A stretch of DNA of 32,000 nt from NCBI GenBank assembly GCA_963676855.1, contig OY781460.1, positions 1,495,520 to 1,527,519 on the forward strand, in the 5' to 3' direction. The position numbers were made by a program, and so were the translations under genes. How positions within the stretch are numbered: the stretch's first letter is position 1; every line of letters starts with the position of its first letter. The notes under the pieces are model-generated. The model ran no database searches and was not told where the DNA came from. It worked only from the letters and a program-made list of their open reading frames with translations. The stretch comes from an uncultured Anaeromusa sp. Its GTDB lineage: Bacteria; Bacillota; Negativicutes; Anaeromusales; Anaeromusaceae. Positions 16,763-25,966 of this stretch are shown one piece after another.

Positions 16763-18500
16763 CTATATGCGGCTGCTAAAATACTTGCGGCCTTATTTGC
16801 CTCGTCTGGGAACAGCCATTTTTTGCATCATCCTGGCTTCAGCGGCAAACTTATACGTTCCTTGGATCATTAAGGACGTAATTGATAGAGTATTGGCCGA
16901 TAAAGATATGATGATGCTCAATATAATTGCAGGCGGCATCGTGGTTGTCTTTTTGATTCGCGGTATTTTTTTCTATGGACAAAGTTATCTAATGGCGTAT
17001 GTGGGCCAAAAAATTGTCATTGATATACGAGAAGATATCTATCGCCATTTGCAAAGATTGTCGCTTTCTTTTTATTCGCGCAACTCTACCGGAAATATTA
17101 TGAGTCATGTTACTAATGACGTAGCGGCTGTGCAAGGAGCGTTGGCGGATACGCTGATTGAGCTGATTACGGAGAGCGTTATCCTAATCGGCTCCATTGG
17201 CGCTATGTTCTTTTTGCACTGGAAGCTTGCTTTGTTTACTTTCATTACAGTACCTTTGGTTGGGCAAACCATTAATGTATTCGGTAAAAAATTGCGCGCT
17301 TCCGGCAATGTGATGCAGGTTAAGGTGGCGGATATTACGTCGGTTTTGCAAGAAGCCATTTCCTCTATTCGGGTCATCAAGTCCTTTGCTCGTGAAGAGT
17401 TTGAAATTGAACGTTTCCAAAAGGAAAACTTTTCCAATTTTCGGGCGCAGATGAAAAATGCTCAGCTGATGGCCACGTTGACCCCTTTGATTGAATTTTT
17501 GGCGGCGATCGGAGTGACCCTTATTATCTGGTATGGCGGTTGGGAAGTAATTCACGGGGACTTGACCGCAGGCGCGTTGATTGCCTTCTTGATTTATGCA
17601 GTTAATTTATCCAATCCGGTCAAAAGAATCAGCAAGTCGTATGGGGTGGTACAGCGTGCTTTAGCGGCAGCGCAGCGTGTCTTTGAAGTGATAGATACTC
17701 AGCCAGAGGTGCAGGACGCACCCGATGCGGTAGTGTTGCAAAATTCCCAGGGACATTTGGTATTTGAAGGAGTCGACTTTTCCTATAATCCGGGAGAACC
17801 GGCTTTGCGTCAGGTGTTTTTTGAAGCCCATCCCGGGCAGATGATTGCTATCGTAGGCCCTTCGGGCGCGGGTAAGACGACTATTGCCGCCCTGATTCCG
17901 CGGTTTTATGACCCGCAGCAAGGGACGATTTATTTGGATGGTGTTGATATCCGTACAGTGACGCAAAAGTCGCTGCGGGAACAAATGGCCATTGTGCCGC
18001 AGGAGACGGTGCTTTTTAATCGTTCCGTGTACGAAAACATTCGCTATGGTCGGTTAGAGGCAACGCAGGAAGAAGTGGTAGCAGCGGCCAAAGCAGCTAA
18101 TGCGCATGACTTTATTGCAGCTATGCCGCAAGGCTATGAGACGCCTATTGGTGAACGAGGCTGCATGCTTTCCGGCGGTCAGCGGCAACGCATTGCGATT
18201 GCCCGAGCTATCTTGCGGGATCCTCGCTTGCTAATTTTGGATGAGGCCACCTCGGCCTTGGATGTGGAAAGCGAACAGTTAGTGCAGGAAGCCTTGGATA
18301 AACTGATGGTAGGACGTACCTCGGTTGTTATCGCCCATCGGTTGTCGACGATTGTACGAGCGGATTGCATTTTGGTTATGGACCAGGGACGGATTGTGGA
18401 GATGGGATCCCATGAAGCGTTGCTGCAGGCTGGCGGTTTGTATCAGAAGTTGTATCAGGTTCAGTTTCGCGATACTGGGACAGAAAGCAGCGGGGTTTAG
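16755..18500 (+). CDS. msbA: ABC transporter, lipid A/LPS flippase MsbA-like (TMD-NBD half transporter)
   Basis: It overlaps the lpxB end by 8 nt. A six-TM N-terminal domain is followed by Walker A GPSGAGKTT, signature LSGGQRQRIAIARA and Walker B LLILDEATSALD. The MsbA assignment comes from operon context. Confidence 0.85.
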   Translation: MNSYMRLLKYLRPYLPRLGTAIFCIILASAANLYVPWIIKDVIDRVLADKDMMMLNIIAGGIVVVFLIRGIFFYGQSYLMAYVGQKIVIDIREDIYRHLQRLSLSFYSRNSTGNIMSHVTNDVAAVQGALADTLIELITESVILIGSIGAMFFLHWKLALFTFITVPLVGQTINVFGKKLRASGNVMQVKVADITSVLQEAISSIRVIKSFAREEFEIERFQKENFSNFRAQMKNAQLMATLTPLIEFLAAIGVTLIIWYGGWEVIHGDLTAGALIAFLIYAVNLSNPVKRISKSYGVVQRALAAAQRVFEVIDTQPEVQDAPDAVVLQNSQGHLVFEGVDFSYNPGEPALRQVFFEAHPGQMIAIVGPSGAGKTTIAALIPRFYDPQQGTIYLDGVDIRTVTQKSLREQMAIVPQETVLFNRSVYENIRYGRLEATQEEVVAAAKAANAHDFIAAMPQGYETPIGERGCMLSGGQRQRIAIARAILRDPRLLILDEATSALDVESEQLVQEALDKLMVGRTSVVIAHRLSTIVRADCILVMDQGRIVEMGSHEALLQAGGLYQKLYQVQFRDTGTESSGV

Positions 18501-18503
18501 AAA

Positions 18504-19790
18504 ATGCGCTTTTTTTACAATCTCATGACTGTTATACTAGTAATAGCCGCCATGCCGGTATTTGCCTATCGGTGTCTCCGGCAAGAAGGCTTTGGCGAAC
18601 GATTGCGCCAGAGCTTTGGCTGCTTGCCTGCGCATGCGCTGGATAAAGTAGCGCAGAAGAATTGCATTTGGCTGCATGCAGCGTCGGTCGGCGAGATTGT
18701 TGCCACCAGCCCCTTGGTAAAAGAACTGAAGAAAGCCCTGCCGGAAACGCCGGTTTTAGTATCAGTAGTTACGGCTAGCGGGTACTCTATGGCCAAACGC
18801 ATCCTGACGGATGTGGACGGGCTGATCTTTTTTCCTTTGGATTTACCGTGGCTGCCGAGCAGAGTGCTTGTCAAAGTTCGGCCTCAAGCTTTTTTGCTGG
18901 TGGAGACCGAACTATGGCCCAATTTTCTGTATGCAGCTAAACAACACAAGATACCGGTGATGATGGTGAACGGACGGATTAGTGATCGTAGCGTGAAACG
19001 CTACCATTATCTCAAAGGCATTTTGCGGGACATGCTGAATACGGTGGAACGCTTTTGCATGCAATCAGCGATTGATGAGCAGTATATTATTCAACTGGGC
19101 GCTGACCCGCATAGAGTGGTAGTAACAGGCAATACTAAGTTTGACCAAACCTATACTCACGTATCGCCTGAGGAAAGAGAAGGTTTGAAACGAGAACTGA
19201 CTCTTACAGGACATGAGCCGATTTTGGTTGCTGGTAGCACGCATGCGGGTGAAGAGGAAGTATTACTTACGGCTTTTTTAAAAGTGCGAAAACAATATCC
19301 TCAAGCGGCCTTAATTTTAGCGCCGCGAGAAATTTTGCGTGTAGACGAGTTAGTGAAGCTCTGCTTGACCAAGGGTCTACCGGTACGCCGTCGTACGCAA
19401 CAAGCCAATCAGGGCGGGCAAGGCGGCGTGGTTATCTTGGATACCATTGGCGAGCTAGGGCGCATTTATAGTGTGGGTGATGTTGTCTTTGTCGGCGGCA
19501 GCTTGGTGCCTCATGGAGGGCATAATATTTTAGAACCGGCGGCGCATGGCAAGGTAATTTTGATTGGTCCTCATATGTTTAACTTTAAAGAAACATATGC
19601 TTTATTTTCTGGACGGCAGGCGTGTAGTACGGTCTGTGATGCGCAGGAGCTGACGGAAACCGTGCTGCGTTTGCTGCAAGACAGCAAGGAGCGCCAGCGC
19701 ATGGAAGCGCTGACTCTGGATATTGTCCGCGAAAATAAGGGGGCTTCGCGGCGAAGCATTTGCTATTTGCAGGAACTTTTGCAAAAATAG
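18504..19790 (+). CDS. waaA: 3-deoxy-D-manno-octulosonic acid (Kdo) transferase WaaA/KdtA
   Basis: An N-terminal anchor is followed by the IWLHAASVGE motif and a GT-B layout. It sits between msbA and lpxK. Confidence 0.9.
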   Translation: MRFFYNLMTVILVIAAMPVFAYRCLRQEGFGERLRQSFGCLPAHALDKVAQKNCIWLHAASVGEIVATSPLVKELKKALPETPVLVSVVTASGYSMAKRILTDVDGLIFFPLDLPWLPSRVLVKVRPQAFLLVETELWPNFLYAAKQHKIPVMMVNGRISDRSVKRYHYLKGILRDMLNTVERFCMQSAIDEQYIIQLGADPHRVVVTGNTKFDQTYTHVSPEEREGLKRELTLTGHEPILVAGSTHAGEEEVLLTAFLKVRKQYPQAALILAPREILRVDELVKLCLTKGLPVRRRTQQANQGGQGGVVILDTIGELGRIYSVGDVVFVGGSLVPHGGHNILEPAAHGKVILIGPHMFNFKETYALFSGRQACSTVCDAQELTETVLRLLQDSKERQRMEALTLDIVRENKGASRRSICYLQELLQK

Positions 19791-19837
19791 CGAAAGCTTT
19801 TCGAACGAAGCTAACTATGAGAGAAGGCGGGGCATGT

Positions 19838-21001
19838 ATGCGCCAACGAGAAGCGATTCAGGCATATTTATATCAATTAGTACATGGGAAGGAAACAGGA
19901 CTATTGGGGAAATTTATCCTGATGTTCTTGCGTGTTTCTTCCTGGCTTTATGGCGTCGGCCTGACTTTTAAGCTCGACTTGTATCGTTGGGGCGTGCGAA
20001 AACGGTATAAGCTCCCTTGCAAAGTCATTAGCTTAGGCAATGTCACCGTAGGCGGGACAGGCAAGACGCCAACCGCGCAACGGTTGGCGGCGATTATTCG
20101 CGATATGGGCTATAGAGTAGTACTTTTAAACAGGGGTTACCGGGCGAAATGGCGAGGCACCGTAGGGCTTGTTTCCGATGGAAAGCGAACGTTTATGACT
20201 GCCAGTGAAGCCGGAGATGAAGCCTTTTTATTAGCAAAGAATCTGCCAGGCGTTCCGGTCGTAATCGGTCGTAATCGAGCTGTTACCGGCGAATATGCCG
20301 TCAGAGAGCTGAAAGCGCAGGTTGTGATCTTGGACGATGGCTACCAGCATTGGCAGCTTATACGGGATTTGGATATTGTTTTGATTGATACGTTGAATGT
20401 ATTTGGCAATCGCTATTTGCTGCCGCGCGGCACTTTGCGGGAACCGTTAGCCCATTTGGACAGAGCGCATGCTTGCTTGTTGACCAAAGTAGATCAATCT
20501 AGCCCGGATACGAGGGATATCATTCGGAGTACAGTGCATCAATACAATCCAGATGCAGCAATTATTGAAAGCGTGCATCAACCAAGGCATTGTATTGAGA
20601 TACGGGAATGGTACCAGGGGCGGCCTCCGCAAAAATTGCCTCTCTCTGAAATTGCAGGAGTCAAGGTTATGGCGCTTTCTGCCATTGGCAACCCCTCTTC
20701 CTTTGAACAAACCATTTCCGACATCGGCGCCTGCGTGGTTGCTTCCGCTCGCTATGAAGACCATCATGACTACACTATGGCGGAAATGCAGCAGGTCATG
20801 CAAGAAGCGGTGGAAGCCGGTGTAAAAGCCATTATTACAACCGAAAAAGATGCCGTAAAGATACCGGCGGAATTTATTCACTCGGATCGTCCGTTGCCGG
20901 TCTATATTTTAGGGATTGAATTGCGATTTATGGACGGCTGCTACGAACAACTCTTGGGGCTCATTCGCCAAGTGGTGGAAGGAGAAAAACGAGAAGTATG
21001 A
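19838..21001 (+). CDS. lpxK: Tetraacyldisaccharide 4'-kinase LpxK
   Basis: The P-loop is GNVTVGGTGKTP, with LNRGY downstream. I prefer the ATG at 19838, which follows GAAGGCGGGG. In-frame alternatives are 19817 and 19760. Confidence 0.85.
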   Translation: MRQREAIQAYLYQLVHGKETGLLGKFILMFLRVSSWLYGVGLTFKLDLYRWGVRKRYKLPCKVISLGNVTVGGTGKTPTAQRLAAIIRDMGYRVVLLNRGYRAKWRGTVGLVSDGKRTFMTASEAGDEAFLLAKNLPGVPVVIGRNRAVTGEYAVRELKAQVVILDDGYQHWQLIRDLDIVLIDTLNVFGNRYLLPRGTLREPLAHLDRAHACLLTKVDQSSPDTRDIIRSTVHQYNPDAAIIESVHQPRHCIEIREWYQGRPPQKLPLSEIAGVKVMALSAIGNPSSFEQTISDIGACVVASARYEDHHDYTMAEMQQVMQEAVEAGVKAIITTEKDAVKIPAEFIHSDRPLPVYILGIELRFMDGCYEQLLGLIRQVVEGEKREV

Positions 21002-21726
21002 AAACCGTATGTGTGATCCCGGCACGTTATGCATCGACGAGGCTGCCGGGAAAACCGCTGGCTTTGTTGGCGGGCAAGCCGATGATTCAACATGTATACG
21101 AACAGGCCATCCAAGCTCGAGGGGTTCAGGAGGTTCTGGTAGCTACTGATGACGAGCGTATCTTAAAAGCGGTAGAAGCTTTCGGAGGGCAAGCGGTCCT
21201 AACTTCCAGCGCTCATCCTACCGGAACGGATCGTTTGGCGGAAGTAGCTCGCAAGCATACGGATGCAGATATTATCATCAATGTTCAAGGCGATGAGCCG
21301 CTCGTTGAGCCGCAAGTCATTGAAGCCTTGGCAACTGCTTTTGCAGAGCGGCCTGCTTTGCAAATGGCTACCTTGTGTGCGCCGCTGCTGCCGGAAGAGG
21401 CGGTGCAGGACAGCGTGGTCAAAGTGGTTATGGACCAGGAAGGATATGCTCTGTATTTTTCACGCTCTTTGATTCCTTTTCCACGCAAGCCTGGCTTGGT
21501 TCAGGCGTATAAGCATTTGGGCCTTTACGGGTATCGGCGCGACTTTTTATTGGAATACTCGGCTATGCAGCCGACGCCACTGGAGCAAACCGAATCTCTC
21601 GAACAGTTGCGGGCGTTAGAATATGGTCATAAAATCTTGGTTCTTCCTACCGAACACGCCTCCGTTGGCGTCGATACGCCGGAAGACCTCAAACGAGTGG
21701 AAGCGATCTTGCTGAGTCGTAGATAA
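20998..21726 (+). CDS. kdsB: 3-deoxy-manno-octulosonate cytidylyltransferase (CMP-Kdo synthetase) KdsB
   Basis: ATGA overlap with lpxK. Motifs present are VIPARYASTRLPGKPL, NVQGDEP and HLGLYGYRRDFL. Confidence 0.92.
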   Translation: MKTVCVIPARYASTRLPGKPLALLAGKPMIQHVYEQAIQARGVQEVLVATDDERILKAVEAFGGQAVLTSSAHPTGTDRLAEVARKHTDADIIINVQGDEPLVEPQVIEALATAFAERPALQMATLCAPLLPEEAVQDSVVKVVMDQEGYALYFSRSLIPFPRKPGLVQAYKHLGLYGYRRDFLLEYSAMQPTPLEQTESLEQLRALEYGHKILVLPTEHASVGVDTPEDLKRVEAILLSRR

Positions 21727-21922
21727 AAGAACGGGAGCGGGATTGAACAAGAGAATCGGCGACGGCGTTGGAGGTGCCTAGGGGCGGTTGTGCCATGGAT
21801 GGCAATAGCTACCATCCGCTTAAAGTACGACAGAGAGAAATTGAAGAGTTAATAAACGTATCAGGGAACCCTCATACGAACCCTCACGTGACTCCGGTTC
21901 TCTTGTTCAATACTTTGTTCTT
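21727..21922 (+). repeat. Full intergenic repeat element, core type A (copy A1)
   Basis: The arms ATTGAACAAGAGAATCGG (21742-21759) and CCGGTTCTCTTGTTCAAT (21894-21911) are 17/18 complementary. The outer ends are AAGAAC (21727-21732) and GTTCTT (21917-21922). The core 21741-21803 is homologous to 29416-29479. The element fills the whole gap from the kdsB stop to the kdsA RBS. Confidence 0.75.
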
Positions 21923-21939
21923 AATCAAGGAGGTTGACT

Positions 21940-22764
21940 ATGCATACTGTGAAAATTGGTTCGCTGGAGCTTGGCGCGCAGCGCCCGATCGCTCTGATTG
22001 CAGGACCTTGTGTAATTGAAGACTATGAACGGACACTGCGTATTGGCCGCGGTATCAAGGCCATCACAGAACGCCTGGGGATGCCGTATATTTTCAAAGC
22101 ATCTTTTGATAAAGCCAACCGTTCTTCTTATAATTCCTTCAGAGGACCAGGGCTGGAAGAAGGTCTGGGCATGCTTCAAAAAATTAAAACAGAATTAAAC
22201 TTGCCGGTTTTGAGTGACATTCATGAAATCACGCAAGTGGAGCCAGCTTCTAAGGTGCTCGATGTCTTGCAGATTCCGGCTTTTCTTTCCCGGCAGACAG
22301 ATTTGCTTTTTGCAGCCGGAAAAAGCGGTATCGCCGTCAACGTGAAAAAGGGACAATTTTTGGCGCCGAATGATATGAAAAACGTTGTGCGTAAACTCGA
22401 AGAAGCAGGCTGTGAAAGTATATTGCTTACTGAACGCGGCTTTAGCTTAGGTTATAACAATTTGGTAGTTGATATGCGGGCATTGCCGATTATGCGCTCT
22501 TTTGGTTATCCGGTTGTGTTTGACGCGACCCATAGCGTGCAATTGCCGGGCGGGGCAGGCACGGCGTCAGCGGGGCAACGCGAATATGTTGGCCACTTAG
22601 CACGAGCTGCGGCTGCAGTCGGTGTGGATGCGTTATTTTTGGAAGTGCATGACAATCCGGAAGAGGCGTTGTGCGATGGGCCGAACATGGTGTATCTGGA
22701 TCAATTGGAAGAGATGCTCCGTGATATTCAGGCTATTGACGGCATTGCCAGAAAACATAAATAA
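21940..22764 (+). CDS. kdsA: 2-dehydro-3-deoxyphosphooctonate aldolase (Kdo-8-P synthase) KdsA
   Basis: RBS AAGGAGG precedes the ATG at 21940. Motifs present are [31 protein letters not shown] and [13 protein letters not shown]. Confidence 0.92.
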   Translation: MHTVKIGSLELGAQRPIALIAGPCVIEDYERTLRIGRGIKAITERLGMPYIFKASFDKANRSSYNSFRGPGLEEGLGMLQKIKTELNLPVLSDIHEITQVEPASKVLDVLQIPAFLSRQTDLLFAAGKSGIAVNVKKGQFLAPNDMKNVVRKLEEAGCESILLTERGFSLGYNNLVVDMRALPIMRSFGYPVVFDATHSVQLPGGAGTASAGQREYVGHLARAAAAVGVDALFLEVHDNPEEALCDGPNMVYLDQLEEMLRDIQAIDGIARKHK

Positions 22765-22793
22765 AAATTCGTGCCGAGGAGTGGTATAATAAT

Positions 22794-23366
22794 ATGGATA
22801 TACCAATCAAGCAGACGGATGACGCAAAGGCCCGAGCTTCCAAGGTGCGGCTGGTGGTTTTTGATGTGGATGGCGTGCTGACAAGCGGCCAAATTGCCAT
22901 CGGCAAAGACGGCGAAGTCATGAAAGAATTTTTCGTGCAAGATGGTTTGGGCATTGCAGTGACGCAGCGAGCTGGCATTAAAACGGCTATTATTACAGGG
23001 CGGGAAAGTGAAATGGTTCGTTTGCGTAGCGCCGAACTGAAAATTTGCGATGTGTACCAGGGGACGTTAGATAAACAAACGGCCCTGCGGGAATTGATGG
23101 ATAAGTATGGTCTCGGGGCGGAAGAAGTGGCCTATGTAGGAGACGATTTAAATGACCTGCCAGCGCTGATGCAGGTGGGATTTGCCTGCGGCGTAGCTAA
23201 CTCGGTGGCTGAAGTGGCGCAGCGTTGCCACTTTGTTTCCGCTCATCGCGGCGGAGGCGGTGGCGTGCGGGATATTCTTGAATTTATTTTGCGCAACCAA
23301 GGCCTTTGGGAGGAGATTGTCCAGTCCTATGTGGATGGCAGCGGCAATCAATATACGCGCCAGTAA
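22794..23366 (+). CDS. kdsC: Kdo-8-phosphate phosphatase KdsC (HAD superfamily)
   Basis: HAD motif I is VVFDVDGVLT and motif IV is YVGDDLNDLP. Size is ~190 aa and the position after kdsA fits. Confidence 0.85.
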   Translation: MDIPIKQTDDAKARASKVRLVVFDVDGVLTSGQIAIGKDGEVMKEFFVQDGLGIAVTQRAGIKTAIITGRESEMVRLRSAELKICDVYQGTLDKQTALRELMDKYGLGAEEVAYVGDDLNDLPALMQVGFACGVANSVAEVAQRCHFVSAHRGGGGGVRDILEFILRNQGLWEEIVQSYVDGSGNQYTRQ

Positions 23367-23428
23367 TGGATGACTTTTATTTTGTTTATGTAGAAGCAGT
23401 GGTTCCACAATGGCTGTGAAAGGAGGGC

Positions 23429-24331
23429 ATGACCATGAGCAATGAATGGCAATATCATTTGTTGAAAGCGCTGAGTCGGCTGATTTGTTTTCTGCCGTAT
23501 TCATGTGTTGTCAAGTTAGGGCGATCCTTAGGCTTTTTGTATTGGTACATTGCCCCCAAGCAGCGGCGCCGCGGCATTCGGCAATTAGCAGAACGTCTTG
23601 CGCTTTCTGAAAAAGAAGCGGCCCAAGTAATGAGACGTCTTTGCGGTAATCTGGGGCAGACCTTTTTGGAAATTATGTTTACGCCGAAGCTGGATGCACA
23701 AAGAATTGCACAGCTTGTGGAAATTGAAAACAGGCAGTACTTGGAAGAGGCTGTAGCCAGGGGACATGGCGTAGTCTTTTTGACTGCTCATGTCGGTAAT
23801 TGGGAATGGTTGGGAGCTGCCTTGTCTATGGGCGGGTTCCCGATGACAAGCGTAATTAAGCGACAGCCGAATGATCAGCATACTCGATTGCTCAATGAAT
23901 ATCGAGAGCGGGTTGGTATCGAGATTTTTGCCCGGGGAACAGCAGAATTAGTTGGCGCGGCTAAGGCTATGAAAAAAGGAAAAATTTTAGGCTTTTTGGC
24001 AGATCAGGACGCTGGTGTCGATGGTATTTTTATAGATTTCTTTGGAAAACCGGCTTCAACGCCTCTTGGGCCGGCTGTCTTTGCACGCAAGTTTAAAGCG
24101 CCGGTCATGCCGGTATTTATAGTGCATAAGCCAGATTATAGTGGTCATAAGGTGTTAATTTACCCTCCCTTGGAATATGAAAATACTGGGGAAGAAAAAG
24201 ATGACTTGCGGCGGTTGACTCTGAAAATGACACAGTTATTGGAAGAAGTCATTCGGGAACATCCTGATGAATGGATTTGGTTTCAAAAACGTTGGAATAC
24301 TAGGGCGGATGGGAGCTGTGAAGAAGCATGA
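23429..24331 (+). CDS. Lipid A late (secondary) acyltransferase, LpxL/HtrB family, copy 2
   Basis: Motifs present are HVGNWEWLG, LADQDAG and HPDEWIWFQKRWN. The ATG at 23435 is an alternative start. Confidence 0.8.
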   Translation: MTMSNEWQYHLLKALSRLICFLPYSCVVKLGRSLGFLYWYIAPKQRRRGIRQLAERLALSEKEAAQVMRRLCGNLGQTFLEIMFTPKLDAQRIAQLVEIENRQYLEEAVARGHGVVFLTAHVGNWEWLGAALSMGGFPMTSVIKRQPNDQHTRLLNEYRERVGIEIFARGTAELVGAAKAMKKGKILGFLADQDAGVDGIFIDFFGKPASTPLGPAVFARKFKAPVMPVFIVHKPDYSGHKVLIYPPLEYENTGEEKDDLRRLTLKMTQLLEEVIREHPDEWIWFQKRWNTRADGSCEEA

Positions 24332-24867
24332 AAAAAGGCCGCTGGCTTTTAATAAGTATTATGGCTGCTAGCGTGCTTTTTGGCGCGTATTATTTATGGC
24401 GTGAAGAATTCCCTGATCCGCCGAAGGAAGTTGTCCAAGCAGAAGACGAGCCAATCTTCATGGAGGGAAATACTATCTCCGAAAGCAAGGACGGTAAAGT
24501 GGTGTGGGAAGTGACGGCGCAGACCATGCGGGGCAGCAAAAACAGTCAAGAGATTACGCTGCAAAATGTGCGCGGCGTTTTTTACCGGCCGCAAGGGGGC
24601 ACCGTGGTTTTGACAGCGCCGATAGGCTTATATATCCCCAGGGAGCAAACTCTGCGTTTTACGGGAGATGTCAAAGCCGTATCTAGCGACGGCGATACCT
24701 TTGTGGCGCAAGAAATGGGCTGGCTTGCGAAGGAAGAACGTATTTACGGACAAGGGCAGGCACAGTTAAACCGCAAGGAATCACAAGTCAGCGGTGACCG
24801 CATTGAAAGCGACCGTGATTTTCAAAAATCCAAGGTTATTGGCAATGCTCGTTATGTGAAACAATAG
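24328..24867 (+). CDS. lptC: LPS export system protein LptC
   Basis: ATGA overlap with the preceding gene. A single N-terminal TM anchor is followed by ~150 aa of beta-rich sequence. Size and position (before lptA-lptB) are typical. Confidence 0.7.
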   Translation: MKKGRWLLISIMAASVLFGAYYLWREEFPDPPKEVVQAEDEPIFMEGNTISESKDGKVVWEVTAQTMRGSKNSQEITLQNVRGVFYRPQGGTVVLTAPIGLYIPREQTLRFTGDVKAVSSDGDTFVAQEMGWLAKEERIYGQGQAQLNRKESQVSGDRIESDRDFQKSKVIGNARYVKQ

Positions 24868-24884
24868 GAAGGAGAGGCTAGAGT

Positions 24885-25682
24885 ATGAAATTTTGGAAAA
24901 ACAAAAAAATTCTAATTGCCTTGGCATTAGCGGTAGTTTGCAGCAGTTCGCTTCTAGCGCTGGCCGCACCGGGCGAAAAGACCGAAGTAACGGCCGATAC
25001 CTTTGACTACGATTCGGCAACAGGCATGGTAGTAGCCCGAGGAGGCGTAAAAGTCGTGCGTGGGCAGCAGACTATGACTGGACAGACGATTGAATACAAC
25101 AGCAAAACCCAAGACGCCCACGTCAGCGGAAGCAACGGCGTACAGGTAACTGGGCCGGATTTGAATATGACAGCAGTGGAATTGTGGTCTGTGAACGGCA
25201 AACAGTTGATTGCGCAGGGAAATGTAGTGGCGGTGAAAGGCGATAAGCGGCTGATCGGTCCGCGTGTGGAATATTTTCAGGAGAGTGAAATCGCTATTAC
25301 CCCGCAGGGCGGAACTATTTTTATGTCTGACGGCAATATGTCGGCGGATCATATCCAAGCGTTTCTTAAGGAAGACCGGGCGATAGGCACGGGCAACGTG
25401 CATATTGTCAGCGATGTACGTAAGCTGGATGCTACGTCAAACCTGGCTACCTATTATGGCGAAAAAAGCGGCCAAGATCGCAGTAAGATCATTATGACCG
25501 GTAACGCCAGAGCCGTACAGGACGGCAATGTACTTGTCGGCAATACGCTGAACCTGTACTTGGACGACAAAGCCATGGAAGGAACCGGACGTGCCCGCTT
25601 AGTCATCACCAATCCGAACCCCAATACAGGTGCTCCGCAAACCAAACCAACTGAGGAAATACAAGATAATAAAGATAATTAA
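24885..25682 (+). CDS. lptA: LptA/OstA-family periplasmic LPS transport protein (long form, 265 aa)
   Basis: A signal peptide is present (LLALAAPG). It has the OstA-like start ITADTFDYDSATGMVVARGGV and repeated G-N-V/beta-jellyroll strands. The C-terminal tail is low-complexity (NPNPNTGAPQTKPTEEIQDNKDN). Confidence 0.75.
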   Translation: MKFWKNKKILIALALAVVCSSSLLALAAPGEKTEVTADTFDYDSATGMVVARGGVKVVRGQQTMTGQTIEYNSKTQDAHVSGSNGVQVTGPDLNMTAVELWSVNGKQLIAQGNVVAVKGDKRLIGPRVEYFQESEIAITPQGGTIFMSDGNMSADHIQAFLKEDRAIGTGNVHIVSDVRKLDATSNLATYYGEKSGQDRSKIIMTGNARAVQDGNVLVGNTLNLYLDDKAMEGTGRARLVITNPNPNTGAPQTKPTEEIQDNKDN

Positions 25683-25946
25683 ACAGAGAGAAGAACGATA
25701 CACAGTGTAACAGAGAGAAAAGAAAAAATTATAGCGGCATTTGCCTCCATTAACAAGGGCGGCAAGGTTGAAGTCCCCTCGCGCTAAAGGGGGGGATGGA
25801 CCGCCGGTTCAGGGGGATTTGTTTCATTGCAAGCGTAGTGTGGCAATCTCTTGTATCGTGTTCTTATAATTATATTATCTGACCTTTCTTTTGCATTTCT
25901 CCGTTACTCTGTGTAATTGTACCCCTAACGTATCTTTTACTTATCC
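25683..25946 (+). repeat. Full intergenic repeat element, core type B (copy B1)
   Basis: The arms ACACAGTGTAACAGAG (25700-25715) and CTCCGTTACTCTGTGT (25899-25914) are 14/16 complementary. The core 25785-25850 is homologous to 27994-28057. The element starts at the lptA stop and ends ~10 nt before the lptB RBS. Confidence 0.75.
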
Positions 25947-25966
25947 ATTGAAAGAGAGGCTTCCGC

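Noticed and set aside
25865-25870. TATAAT (25865-25870) inside element B1 and TATACT (28091-28096) inside B2 as element-borne promoters for lptB and the DUF3084-like gene.
   Set aside because: Neither copy has a usable -35 or TGn extension at the right spacing. AT-rich hexamers are expected by chance in these segments.
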